Assembly (NCBI GenBank): GCA_041690395.1
Contig: JAWLHJ010000005.1
Location: forward strand, 64,001-128,000
Direction of reading: 5' to 3'
DNA: 64,000 bases
Source: Longimicrobiales bacterium
Lineage (GTDB): Bacteria; Gemmatimonadota; Gemmatimonadetes; Longimicrobiales; Gaopeijiaceae
Shown: piece by piece, positions 1 through 9,360 of the stretch
Position numbering within the stretch: the stretch's first letter is position 1
Layout of the letters: each line of letters opens with the position of its first letter
Notes under the pieces: model-generated
The model's input: the letters and a program-made list of their open reading frames with translations, nothing else
The model's database searches: none
Told to the model about the DNA's origin: nothing
Position numbers and translations under genes: made by a program

Positions 1-244
1 CGGGCCAGCGCACCCGGTGGGCGACGCCGACCAGATCGCCCTCCCTCAGGGCCCCGATCGATACGTGGCGTGGCTCGTCGACGACGCAAACGTGGGCCAG
101 CACATGCCTGGGAATCCGCGGCATGGGCGTCCCGAAGCGGAGCCGGCGCGAGCGCTCGGAGAGCGACTCGTAGAGGGCCGCGACATCGGGCGCGTCCGAG
201 AGGGAGAGGCGCCGCAGCGCGATCGGTGCGAGATTCGTGAACAT
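1..244 (-). CDS. GNAT family N-acetyltransferase, N-terminal part only (runs off the window edge)
   Basis: Not in the ORF track. Manual translation from ATG at 244 gives MFTNLAPIALRRLSLSDAPDVAALYESLSERSRRLRFGTPMPRIPRHVLAHVCVVDEPRHVSIGALREGDLVGVAHRVRWP. The LSxxSRxxRF and LVGVA segments resemble acyl-CoA-ligase-associated GNAT domains. Confidence 0.7.
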   Translation of the reverse strand, partial: MFTNLAPIALRRLSLSDAPDVAALYESLSERSRRLRFGTPMPRIPRHVLAHVCVVDEPRHVSIGALREGDLVGVAHRVRWP

Positions 245-374
245 CACGCCCGAGCCTGCGCGGGAATGCACCGAGGAGTGACATGGTGCACCGGAACGAG
301 GCATCCGGGCCGGATCGAACCAGAGCCGTGGAGTGGATAGGCATGCAGGGAAGCCGGGAGTTGGGAGGAGGCCG

Positions 375-887
375 ATGAGCGGGTGGGAGATACGTGAGGC
401 GACGGTCGCCGATCACGCGGCCATTCTCGCCGTCAACGAGCAGAGCGTGCCCGGCGTGAGCGCGTTCGACAGCGCCAAGCTCGAGGCACTCGCGGCGGCG
501 TCCGACCCTCTGCTGGTGGCGGTCGGAGAGGACGGCGTGGCCGGATACCTGATCGGCTTCACTCCGGATGCGCGGTACCAGGGCGCCTGCTTCAGGTGGT
601 TCCGAGAGAACCGTCCGGGCTCCCTCTACATCGATCAGGTCGCGATCGGTGCGTCGGCCCGGCGCCGCGGCGCGGGCGCGGCTCTCTACGACGCAGCAGA
701 ACAGGCCGCCATCGACCGCGGCCTGGATCGGCTCACCTGCGAGGTGAACCTCGACCCTCCGAACCCCGAGTCGATGGCCTTCCACGCTGCCCGGGGCTTC
801 CAGCAGGTGGGCACGCTCGCGGTCCCGGACGGACGCAGGGTGTCGCTGCAGCTGAAGGTGCTTGGAGAGAAGGCGCTCGGGGAGTAG
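375..887 (+). CDS. GNAT family acetyltransferase
   Basis: GGAGG RBS before ATG 375; IREAT..D start; YIDQVAI..RRRGAGAALY acetyl-CoA motif A; LTCEVNLDPPNPESMAFH..RGF. Confidence 0.9.
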   Translation: MSGWEIREATVADHAAILAVNEQSVPGVSAFDSAKLEALAAASDPLLVAVGEDGVAGYLIGFTPDARYQGACFRWFRENRPGSLYIDQVAIGASARRRGAGAALYDAAEQAAIDRGLDRLTCEVNLDPPNPESMAFHAARGFQQVGTLAVPDGRRVSLQLKVLGEKALGE

Positions 888-988
888 CGCCGGGCCACGG
901 CGAGCCGGCGGGGTGGTCCATGCTTTCGACGACACACTAAGTTGTGGACGAGCGTGTTTCCCGGTCATTCCACAGGAGGTCGACTCGA

Positions 989-2218
989 GTGACGTCGCTG
1001 AATCCCAGAAACGCCCTCGTGGCGTGCGTGATGGCCCTCGGGGCCGCGCTGCCGGCGTATTCGTCGGCTCAGGAATACGTCCCCGGTCCGCACCCCGAGT
1101 GGGAACGGCGTGACCCGGCGGCCGTCGGCTTCGATCCGGCCGCGCTCCAGTCTGCCATCGACTTCGCCGTCGCTTCGGAATCCACCTCCCCCCGCGACCT
1201 CACGCTGAACCACGACATGGGGTTCGGCCGGGAGCCCCGGGGCGACGCCATCGGCCCGTTCGCGGACCGCGGCCCACAGACCGGTCTCGTGATCCGGCAC
1301 GGCTACATCGTGGCCGAGTGGGGCGAGCCGGCGCGCGTCGACCAGACGTTCAGCGTGGCGAAGAGCTTTCTGTCCACGACGGTGGGGCTCGCGGTCGACC
1401 ACGGTATCATCCGGAGCATCGACGACCCGGTGCGCGCCTACATGCCGCCCCTCGTTCTGGACCACGGTGACGGGGAGCCCGGAGACGAGAACGGACGTCG
1501 GCCGAAGCTCCTCTTCGAGTCGGACCACAACCGGGGGATCACCTGGGAGCATCTCCTCCGGCAGACGAGCGACTGGGAGGGGACGCTCTGGGGAAAGCCG
1601 GAGTGGGCGGATCGCCCGGACCGGGACCCGTCGACCTGGCTGACCCGCCCGCGCAACGCCCCGGGCACCGTCTACGAGTACAACGACACGCGGGTGAACC
1701 TGCTCGCGCTGGCCGCGACCGCGATCTGGCGAAAGCCGCTCCCCGACGTGCTCCACGAGCATGTGATGGGACCCATCGGCGCGTCCACCACCTGGCAGTG
1801 GCACGGCTACGAGAACTCCTGGATCAACCTGAACGGCCACACGGTGCAGGCGGTGAGCGGGGGAAGCCACTGGGGCGGTGGCATGTTCATCAACGCCTAC
1901 GATCAGGCCCGACTCGGGCTCCTCACGCTGCACGGGGGACGCTGGGGCGACCAGCAGCTCGTCTCGCGTGAGTGGATCGAGCGCTCCCGCGTTCCCGGGA
2001 CGGCGAACCCGGGTTACGGATTCATGAACTACTTCCTGAACACCGACGGTGAGATGTACGCGAACGCGCCCGAAGAGGCATGGGCGCACATCGGGGCTGG
2101 CTCCAACATCGTGTATGTCGATCCGGTCAACGACCTCGTCGTCGTCGCCCGTTGGATCCAGGGCAACCAGTTCGACGAGTTCATCGGGCGCGTCCTTTCC
2201 GCGCTCGACGGGGGGTAG
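989..2218 (+). CDS. Secreted serine hydrolase (beta-lactamase/AmpC-like family)
   Basis: AGGAGG before GTG 989; signal peptide ending YSSA-Q; SxxK (FSVAKS); LLRQTS; EYND; HWGGGMFI. Confidence 0.85.
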   Translation: MTSLNPRNALVACVMALGAALPAYSSAQEYVPGPHPEWERRDPAAVGFDPAALQSAIDFAVASESTSPRDLTLNHDMGFGREPRGDAIGPFADRGPQTGLVIRHGYIVAEWGEPARVDQTFSVAKSFLSTTVGLAVDHGIIRSIDDPVRAYMPPLVLDHGDGEPGDENGRRPKLLFESDHNRGITWEHLLRQTSDWEGTLWGKPEWADRPDRDPSTWLTRPRNAPGTVYEYNDTRVNLLALAATAIWRKPLPDVLHEHVMGPIGASTTWQWHGYENSWINLNGHTVQAVSGGSHWGGGMFINAYDQARLGLLTLHGGRWGDQQLVSREWIERSRVPGTANPGYGFMNYFLNTDGEMYANAPEEAWAHIGAGSNIVYVDPVNDLVVVARWIQGNQFDEFIGRVLSALDGG

Positions 2219-2272
2219 TCATTCTCCGCCGGGTCCGGGTATGGAGGGCGAAACACATTCCGCCCGGAAACC

Positions 2273-2899
2273 ATGCTGAACGCGACCACATTACCCAGAC
2301 CCTTCGTACAGGTGAGCAGCGCTTCGCCGCGTGAGACGCCGGAACTGGATCTGTTCCGCGTGTGGGCGCGGAAGATCCGGGACTCGGACGCTTCGGCGCT
2401 CGAGTCGTTCTTCCGAGCAGTCCACGGCCCTCTCGTCGGATACGCGACGAAGTTCGTGCCGGAGGCCTCGGCCGAGGACATCGTGCAGGACGCGTTCATC
2501 CGGATCTGGGAAGGGCGGGCGCGCATCGACCCGTCCCAGTCGCTGAAGGCCTTCGCGTACCGCACGGTACGGAACCTCTGCCTGAACCGGATCCGTGATT
2601 CCAAGACCCGGGAGACTCTGCTCGCCGAGCGGTACGAAGTCCCGACCGAGGCGATTCCGGAGCCGGACGAGGAGCTCGCGAAGGCGGATTTCGCCGAGCG
2701 CCTGAAGGCCTGGATCGCCGAGCTCCCGGAGCGCCAGAGGGAGGCGCTCGAACTCAGCCGCTTCCACGGCCTCACGCACGATCAGGTGGCCGAGGCGATG
2801 GGCGTCTCACCCAGGACCGTGAACAATCATCTGGTCAAAGCTCTGCGCTCCATCCGGGACCGGGTGCGCGCGTTCGAGCCTTCCCTGTTGGACTCATGA
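2273..2899 (+). CDS. ECF RNA polymerase sigma-70 factor (FecI-like)
   Basis: AEDIVQDAFIRIW (region 2); LPERQREALELSRFHGLTHDQVAEAMGVSPRTVNNHL (region 4 HTH); ATGA overlap with the FecR-like gene. Confidence 0.92.
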   Translation: MLNATTLPRPFVQVSSASPRETPELDLFRVWARKIRDSDASALESFFRAVHGPLVGYATKFVPEASAEDIVQDAFIRIWEGRARIDPSQSLKAFAYRTVRNLCLNRIRDSKTRETLLAERYEVPTEAIPEPDEELAKADFAERLKAWIAELPERQREALELSRFHGLTHDQVAEAMGVSPRTVNNHLVKALRSIRDRVRAFEPSLLDS

Positions 2900-3867
2900 A
2901 CAAGCACGAGAACGATCGGTTCCCGAGGACGCTCGCGGACGAGCCCGACGCCGACGAGCTCGAGGCCGTCTGGGCGGCGCTCGAAGTCGCGCACCCGGAT
3001 GCATCCTTCTCGCCCGAGAAGACGGACGCCGCCTGGGAGGCGCTCAGCGGAAAGCTGGGTCTGGGGGCGTCGAGCGCACTCGAGGGCGACGACGACACCC
3101 ACGGGCACGGCGCACCGTCGTCGTCCCGGGCGGCGACCCGGACGGGTTGGCTGCGGGTGGCCGCGGTCGTCGCGGTCGCGCTGGGAGGAGCCACTGTGTG
3201 GCAGCAGGTGCCGGTGACGCATGTCGCTCCGGCGGGGGCGCGGGTGGCCGTCACGTTGCCCGACGGCTCCGACGTCCAGCTCAATGCCGGCTCCACCCTG
3301 CGGCACCGCAGGGGCTTCGCCCTTCTGCCCGGAGTCGCTGCCGGCGTGAGGTCGGTCCGCCTCGAGGGGGAGGCGTTCTTCGACGTCGAGCCGGCGGAGC
3401 GGCCGTTCGAGGTCGAGGCCGGCGGGGTGCGGGTCACCGTCCTGGGCACGCGCTTCAACGTGCGGGCCAGAGCGGGCTTTGCCACTCCCGTGCGGGTCGA
3501 CGTGGCCGAGGGCCGCGTCCGCGTCGAGGCGCCGCTCGAGGACGGCGGCGTCGAGCTCGCCGCCGGGCAGAGCGTCCGCGTCCTCTCCGATTCGGATGGG
3601 CTCGTGACCGAGTCCGTGTCCCTCGAACGGATTGCGTCGTGGCTGTCCGGGGGACTGACCCTGACCGAGGAGCGGCTCGCCGACGTGGTGGCGGAGCTCG
3701 GGGTACGGTTCGGCGTGAATGTCTCCCTCGCTCCGTCCGTGGACGGCTCCGAGCGGGTGACGGCGTACTATCCGTTGGTGACCGGCGTCGACTCGGTGCT
3801 CACCGATCTGGCCACGCAGCAGGATCTACAGGTCCGGAGAACGACCGACGGATGGGAGCTCTTCTGA
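2896..3867 (+). CDS. FecR family anti-sigma factor
   Basis: Single TM segment; VTLPDGSDVQLNAGS; LEGEAFFDV; VTVLGTRFNV. Confidence 0.92.
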   Translation: MNKHENDRFPRTLADEPDADELEAVWAALEVAHPDASFSPEKTDAAWEALSGKLGLGASSALEGDDDTHGHGAPSSSRAATRTGWLRVAAVVAVALGGATVWQQVPVTHVAPAGARVAVTLPDGSDVQLNAGSTLRHRRGFALLPGVAAGVRSVRLEGEAFFDVEPAERPFEVEAGGVRVTVLGTRFNVRARAGFATPVRVDVAEGRVRVEAPLEDGGVELAAGQSVRVLSDSDGLVTESVSLERIASWLSGGLTLTEERLADVVAELGVRFGVNVSLAPSVDGSERVTAYYPLVTGVDSVLTDLATQQDLQVRRTTDGWELF

Positions 3868-3887
3868 CCGAAGCGCGTGCGCGAGCC

Positions 3888-6656
3888 ATGGGACCAGCCT
3901 CCCGCGTGGCCGCGCTCGCGCTGACATTTGCCTCGCTGCTCGGCGCCCCGACGCCCGCGATCGGCCAGGTCGAGACCTTCGACCTGGCCGTTCGTGATGT
4001 TGCCGTCAGCGTTGCCCTGGAGGACCTGGTGAACATGACGGGGATCAGCCTCGTCTACTCCTCCGATGTCGTGCGGGGCAAGCGGACCGTGTGCCGGGCC
4101 GAGGGCGCCTCGGCGGAGGAGCTGCTCCGCTGCGTCGTGCATGGCGCCGGCCTCGACTTCTACCGTCTCTCGTCCGGCACCTACGTCGTGATCGCCGCCC
4201 CCGAGGCGCTCCCGGCCTTCGGAACCCTGGCCGGCGAGATCGTGGACGCGTTGACCGGCGAGCCCGTCCCGGCGGCCTCCGTCGAGCTCGCCGACGGATC
4301 GGGCCGTGCCGTCTCGAACGGGGCAGGACTCTTCCTGCTTCCGCGCCTGCTCCCCGGCCCGCACGAGCTGAGGATCTCCCACTTCGGATATGCTCCGCGG
4401 GTGCTCTCCCTCGAGATCGGTGCTTCGACGGCGCTCCGTCGCAGCATCCGGCTCGACCCGCTCGCGCTCGAGCTCGACCCGATCGTCGTGGACGGCCTCG
4501 ACCGCGTGGGTGGGACCTCGGCCGACGGCGTCTGGGGCTCGACCGACTTCGCGTCGGCCGTTCCGGAGGGTGGAGACGTGTCGCGTCAGGCGCGGACGGG
4601 GCTGGGGGTGAGCCGCCGCCCGCTCTTCGCCGACCTGTCCGTGCAGGGAAGCGCGCCCGGGGAGCACATGGTCCGGCTCGACGGCGTACCCGTGTTCGAT
4701 CCGGTCGCGCTCGGCCGCACGAGGAGTGCCTTCAGCCCATTGGCCCTCCGGCGCATCACCGTCCACAAGGCGGGTTTCGACGTGGCCGAGGGGAGCTTCG
4801 CGGGCGGCGTGATCGACATCGAGCATCGCGTGGAGAATCCGGAGGGCGAGGGCGGCGTGACGGTCCACGCCGATCCCGTCAGCGTCACCGGCGAGGTCTC
4901 GGTTCCCGTCGCCGCGCTCGGCGGGGAGGGATGGTTGATGACCTCGGCCCGGGGTAGCCTCTGGGACGTCTACCGCGAGCCCGCGCTCGACGACGCCCTG
5001 CGGGACTGGAACAGCGTGGATCCGGTCATCGCGCGGCGCCTTCTGGGGGACGGTACGCGCTTCACCGACGGCCTCCGGTTCGACGCGCACCGGCACGGCT
5101 CGGACGTGGCGTTCTCGGACGTCCACGCGGCGCTGCGACTGAGGTATCCGGGCTTCCGGACGCTGAACGCGTCGTTCTACCGCGGCTCGAACAGCGTCGG
5201 GACGGAGCTGTTCTCGTCCGGCACCGACCCCGAGTCCGAGGCGCTGGACCGGCTCATGGTCACGCGCGATCGCTACGAATGGTCGAACGTCGTCGGAACC
5301 GTGGGCTTCGACTGGCTCCTGGGGGACCGCGCGTCGCTCGGGGCCCGCGTCTGGGGCAGCGAGCACGAGCTCGAGCACGCGTACGGCATGGTCGACGGGA
5401 ACGAGGTCGGGTACGATCCCGGCAGCTCCAGCGTGGCCGAGATCGAGAGGGACCTGGTGGCGCTCCTCGACGCCCGCCCGCGGGCCGGCGACGGAAACCG
5501 GGTTCGTGAGCTCGGGGCCGAGCTGTCGGGTGACCTGGCCGCCGGCGGAGGACACTTCCTGAGCGCCGGGGCGGAAGTCGTGCGGGTCGAGAGCAGGAGT
5601 CGGTTCGAGAACGGCTTCATCCTTCCTCTCCGATCCGACGTGTCCGGGTGGAGGTTCGCTGGATATGCGCAGGATCGCTGGACGATCGGCCGCGCGGTGA
5701 CCCTGGAGGGGGGCGTCCGGGTGACTGCGATTCCGGGCGGAGACGTGTTCGCCGAGCCCCGCGGATCGGTGCGACTCGACGGGGCTTCGGGCGCGCTCGG
5801 ACCGTGGAGCTTGCGCCTCGCCGCCGGGCTCCACCGGCAGTTCGTCGACCAGTTCGAGCTGACGAGCATCGGCCCGAGCGCGCTTGTCCCGGAGATCCGG
5901 TTCTGGCTGCCCTCCGACGGCTCGCTGGAGCCGGCCAAGGCCCGCCACCTCGCCCTGGAATGGGCCGTACGGCCGGTGGACGGTCTCGAGCTGCGGGCCG
6001 AGGCGTACCGGAAGTGGCTCGATCGGGTGCTCGCCCTCGACTATGGTGTACTTACGGCCGCGCACTCGGGTGAGCCGACCGTGGTCGATCAGGACCGCTT
6101 CGTGGGGGTGTCCGAAGGGAAGGCCTACGGGGCGGGACTTCAGGCGTCCTGGGAGGACGACCGCCTCCGACTCGCCGCCGGTTACGACTGGAGCGTTTCG
6201 GAGCGGACCTTCCCGTCACGGTTCGGCGGGGCGGCTCAGCCGACCCCCTGGAGCGAGCCGCATGGCGTCGACGTCTCGCTGCGCCTTCCGGTGGGCCGTG
6301 GGTGGGCCCTGGAGGTGGAATCCGGTACGGTGTGGGGTCGCACCTGGGGCCTCAGGCGGGCCTACTACGACTTCCTCACGCTCCACGGGACCGACGGCGG
6401 GCCCGAGATCGCTCCTCCCGGCGACGACCCCCTGCCGACCCTCCACCGGTTGGACGTAGGCACGTCCTGGCTCGGTCGTCTGGGTGGCGGACCACTCACC
6501 GAGCTCCGCGTCGAGATCCGGAATGCGATCCCTCGACAGGTGCTGGACTACTCCCTGGCGCGCATCGAGGCAGATACGGGCTCCAGCGGCTATGAGCGGC
6601 TCCCGCGGTATCTCCCGGGCAGGTCCCTCTCGCTCTCGTTGCGACTGGCGCTCTGA
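3888..6656 (+). CDS. TonB-dependent receptor/transducer (STN-like N-terminus, carboxypeptidase-regulatory-like domain, plug, barrel)
   Basis: Signal peptide from ATG 3888; ALEDLVNMTGISLVYS (STN-like); GEIVDALTGEPVPAASV; plug VQGSAPGEH..LDGVPVF..GGVIDI; C-terminal PGRSLSLSLRLAL. The ORF-track extension back to 3147 overlaps fecR and is ignored. Confidence 0.85.
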   Translation: MGPASRVAALALTFASLLGAPTPAIGQVETFDLAVRDVAVSVALEDLVNMTGISLVYSSDVVRGKRTVCRAEGASAEELLRCVVHGAGLDFYRLSSGTYVVIAAPEALPAFGTLAGEIVDALTGEPVPAASVELADGSGRAVSNGAGLFLLPRLLPGPHELRISHFGYAPRVLSLEIGASTALRRSIRLDPLALELDPIVVDGLDRVGGTSADGVWGSTDFASAVPEGGDVSRQARTGLGVSRRPLFADLSVQGSAPGEHMVRLDGVPVFDPVALGRTRSAFSPLALRRITVHKAGFDVAEGSFAGGVIDIEHRVENPEGEGGVTVHADPVSVTGEVSVPVAALGGEGWLMTSARGSLWDVYREPALDDALRDWNSVDPVIARRLLGDGTRFTDGLRFDAHRHGSDVAFSDVHAALRLRYPGFRTLNASFYRGSNSVGTELFSSGTDPESEALDRLMVTRDRYEWSNVVGTVGFDWLLGDRASLGARVWGSEHELEHAYGMVDGNEVGYDPGSSSVAEIERDLVALLDARPRAGDGNRVRELGAELSGDLAAGGGHFLSAGAEVVRVESRSRFENGFILPLRSDVSGWRFAGYAQDRWTIGRAVTLEGGVRVTAIPGGDVFAEPRGSVRLDGASGALGPWSLRLAAGLHRQFVDQFELTSIGPSALVPEIRFWLPSDGSLEPAKARHLALEWAVRPVDGLELRAEAYRKWLDRVLALDYGVLTAAHSGEPTVVDQDRFVGVSEGKAYGAGLQASWEDDRLRLAAGYDWSVSERTFPSRFGGAAQPTPWSEPHGVDVSLRLPVGRGWALEVESGTVWGRTWGLRRAYYDFLTLHGTDGGPEIAPPGDDPLPTLHRLDVGTSWLGRLGGGPLTELRVEIRNAIPRQVLDYSLARIEADTGSSGYERLPRYLPGRSLSLSLRLAL

Positions 6657-6760
6657 GCGATTCAAGCTTGGCGTAGTCACCCGTTCGCTCTCCCGTGTAA
6701 CGAGGTCGCAAGCCCGGTCGGTCGACCGGTGCCCGCACCTCTCCAACACGCACGGGAATC

Positions 6761-8086
6761 ATGCTGAACCTTCGAAACACTCTCCGGACGTTGCTCGTCC
6801 CGGCCGCCGCGATCGCATTCGCGGCGTGCGGAGACGAGGAGCCCACTGGGCCCATCGACACGGGGCCCGACAACATCGCAGAAATCGCCCAGTCCACGGA
6901 CGACGTGAGCACGCTCGCCGCAGCGCTCGAGGCCGCCGGTCTCGTATCGGCGCTCGAGGGCGACGGACCCTTCACCGTCTTCGCACCGGTCAACAGCGCC
7001 TTCGCCGCCCTCGGCGACGACGTGGTCGCTGCGCTCCTGGAAGACGCCAACGCGGACCTGCTGTCCCGCATCCTGACCTTCCACGTCGTCTCGGGTACGG
7101 CCGCGTTCTCCGATGACCTCACCGACGGACAGACCGTCACGACGCTCGAGGGCAACGAGCTGACCATCGGCGTTTCCGGCAGCGGCGTGACCGTCAACGG
7201 CGCCGCTGTCACGACGGCCGACATCGAGGCCGAGAACGGCGTGATCCATCTGATCGACGGCGTGCTCGTGCCGCCGGTCGACATCGTCGAGCGGGCCATC
7301 CTGACGGCCGAGACCCAGACGCTGGTCGACGCGGTCGTGGCCGGTGACCTGGTCACGACGCTCCAGGGCGACGGGCCGTTCACGGTCTTCGCGCCGATCA
7401 ACGCGGCGTTCGAGGCGCTCGGCACCGACAAGCTGGACGTCCTGCTCGCGCCGGAGAACCAGGCGCTCCTGCAGAAGATCCTCACCTATCACGTGATCGC
7501 GGGTGACGTGCGTGCGGCCGACCTCGTCGACGGCGGCACCGCGACGACGGTCGAGGGCACCGAGGTGACGTTCGACCTCTCCGGCGAGACGCCGCTGGTC
7601 AACGGCGCGGGTATCATCGCGACCGACATCGTCACCGAGAACGGCGTCATCCACCTGATCGACGGCGTGCTCACCGAGAACGCGGACATCGTGGACGTGG
7701 CCGTGCTCAACGGCTTCGACACGCTGGTCGACCTCGTCGTCGAGGCGGACCTCGTGACCACGCTGCGGAGCGACAACGGCGGGGACGGCTTCACCGTCTT
7801 CGCGCCGACGGACGAGGCGTTCGCGGAGCTCGCCGCGGTTCCGACCGGCCAGGCGCTCGTCGACGTGCTGACCTACCACGTGGTCGGCGCGACCGTCGGC
7901 TCCGGGGACCTGTCCGACGGGCAGGTCGTGACCACCGTGGAGGGCAGCACCTTCACGGTGAACATCGACGGCTCGACCGTGACCATCACCGACGGAAGCG
8001 GAGCCACCGTGGGCGTCGTCCTGACGGACGTCCCGGCCGCGAACGGCGTGGTCCACGTGATCGACGGCGTGCTGCTCCCGAGCTGA
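6761..8086 (+). CDS. Fasciclin (FAS1) domain lipoprotein with three FAS1 repeats
   Basis: Lipobox FAAC; three FTVFAPxN/D.AF ... YHV ... NGV(I/V)H(L/V)IDGVL repeats. Confidence 0.92.
   Translation: MLNLRNTLRTLLVPAAAIAFAACGDEEPTGPIDTGPDNIAEIAQSTDDVSTLAAALEAAGLVSALEGDGPFTVFAPVNSAFAALGDDVVAALLEDANADLLSRILTFHVVSGTAAFSDDLTDGQTVTTLEGNELTIGVSGSGVTVNGAAVTTADIEAENGVIHLIDGVLVPPVDIVERAILTAETQTLVDAVVAGDLVTTLQGDGPFTVFAPINAAFEALGTDKLDVLLAPENQALLQKILTYHVIAGDVRAADLVDGGTATTVEGTEVTFDLSGETPLVNGAGIIATDIVTENGVIHLIDGVLTENADIVDVAVLNGFDTLVDLVVEADLVTTLRSDNGGDGFTVFAPTDEAFAELAAVPTGQALVDVLTYHVVGATVGSGDLSDGQVVTTVEGSTFTVNIDGSTVTITDGSGATVGVVLTDVPAANGVVHVIDGVLLPS
7232..8074 (+). repeat. Three intragenic ~36-bp repeats encoding the FAS1 H2 motif
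   Basis: gagaacggcgtgatccatctgatcgacggcgtgctc (7232-7267), gagaacggcgtcatccacctgatcgacggcgtgctc (7637-7672), gcgaacggcgtggtccacgtgatcgacggcgtgctg (8039-8074). Confidence 0.8.
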
Positions 8087-8114
8087 CGCGCCCGAGTTGA
8101 AGGACCTGGAGGGG

Positions 8115-9038
8115 TTACGCCCCGTCCGGCTTCGTGCCGGGCGGGGCGACCCCCGACGGGCTCTCACGCGGCGGCACGACCCCCGAGAGCCCAACCCCCG
8201 CGAGACAGGCCCAGACGAGGGCCGCCGAGCGTGCTCCGCCTTCTCCCAGGAAGAGCCCCTGCCCGCCCACGAGGAGCGCGACCGCGATGCCCCAGCGGAC
8301 TCGAACGACCGAGAGCGGCTCGCCCGTCGCGTCGCACGTCGACTGGAGGGAGCGGGTCGAGAGCGAGCGGTGGAGCACCAGCGTCGCTACGGCGCCAGCG
8401 CCCACCAGCAGCCAGACTGAAGGGACGTCGACGACGAGTGGGCTGGAGACCACGCGGTCCTGCCCCGCTGCGCCACTGGCGAGCGCCGCGACCATCATCA
8501 GGCACATGGCCGCGAAGCCCCACTGCCGCCGGCGCCCGTCCGGGAGCCATGCGTCCAGGCCGAACGCGAGAGCCGCCACGACCCCGACCGCCGGACTCCC
8601 GGTGTCGGCCACTGCCCACCCGCTGAGGCCCAACACGACAATGGAGTCCAACGTCGTGGCCGGCGGCCCGACCGTCCGGTTCACCAGACGGGTGAGCATG
8701 AGCATGGCGAAAAGCAGGACCAGGCTCACGCCCGGGACGGTCAGGAGCGTCGCGAAGCCGAGCGTCAGTGCGACGAAGGCCGCTCTCTGGTCGTCCGGCG
8801 CCAGCTCCCGCCCGACGGCCCAGCTGCCGAGCACCGTGCCTGCGCCGAGTGCCGCGGCCCACAGACGCGACGTTCCGGCGAGTCCCGGAGCCCACCAGGT
8901 CGCCGCGACGGCCGTGATCAGCGCGCCCGCCGGCATGAGCGCCAGAACGGCGCGATTCGTCGGCCAGCTCGGATCGAGCGGCCTCCCGAGCGTGCTGACG
9001 CCACGGAGCGCGTCGAGTGGAGATGCGTGGTCAGGCAC
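8115..9038 (-). CDS. Hypothetical multi-pass membrane protein
   Basis: 307-aa ORF with about 8-9 hydrophobic segments (GRPLDPSWPTNRAV; WAVGRELAPDD; RLVNRTVG); fills the gap between two plus-strand operons. Confidence 0.7.
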   Translation of the reverse strand: MPDHASPLDALRGVSTLGRPLDPSWPTNRAVLALMPAGALITAVAATWWAPGLAGTSRLWAAALGAGTVLGSWAVGRELAPDDQRAAFVALTLGFATLLTVPGVSLVLLFAMLMLTRLVNRTVGPPATTLDSIVVLGLSGWAVADTGSPAVGVVAALAFGLDAWLPDGRRRQWGFAAMCLMMVAALASGAAGQDRVVSSPLVVDVPSVWLLVGAGAVATLVLHRSLSTRSLQSTCDATGEPLSVVRVRWGIAVALLVGGQGLFLGEGGARSAALVWACLAGVGLSGVVPPRESPSGVAPPGTKPDGA

Positions 9039-9360
9039 GGAATTTCCCGTAGATTGCGGTTTCGGGCACTTCGAGCGGAGGACGGGCCACCGTCACGAAA
9101 CTGACGGACGACGAGCGAGTGCGCGAGATGGTCGTCCGGCTCCCGTGGGCGGCCACGGACGGGTCCGCGCCCGACGGTGTGGTACCCGGCTGCCCACCCC
9201 CGGCCTGAGCGCCGCCGACCCGGACAGCCCGGTTCTCCGGGGCCGGCCTTTTAACGTCTCGGCCCTCCCGGCTGTCCATGTGTATGCCGCGGACGACCTT
9301 CATCCGCGTCCCGTCTTCTTCGACCTTCCCCGGCCTTCGGGCCGCAGGACCAGGATATAG

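Noticed and set aside
17..340. Plus-strand 107-aa ORF
   Set aside because: No recognisable motifs; it is the antisense shadow of the GNAT-like gene on the minus strand (1-244).
944..2218. Beta-lactamase resistance gene
   Set aside because: Only the general SxxK serine-hydrolase fold is supported; class A/C-specific motifs (SDN/YxN, KTG) are not evident.
3147..3887. N-terminal extensions of ORF-track calls (also 19981-20586, 32313-32588, 40131-40472, 40826-41296, 49640-50104)
   Set aside because: Arg/Gly-rich off-frame readthrough of upstream genes; better starts with an RBS or stop-start coupling exist downstream.
3768..6065. Long antisense ORFs (also 22404-24779, 37226-39334, 59794-61818, 6677-8194)
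   Set aside because: They lie opposite well-supported genes and are expected from high-GC codon bias; no family motifs.
6660..6760. Possible ECF promoter (TGTAAC...) upstream of the fasciclin gene
   Set aside because: No second copy near the sigma or receptor genes to define a consensus.
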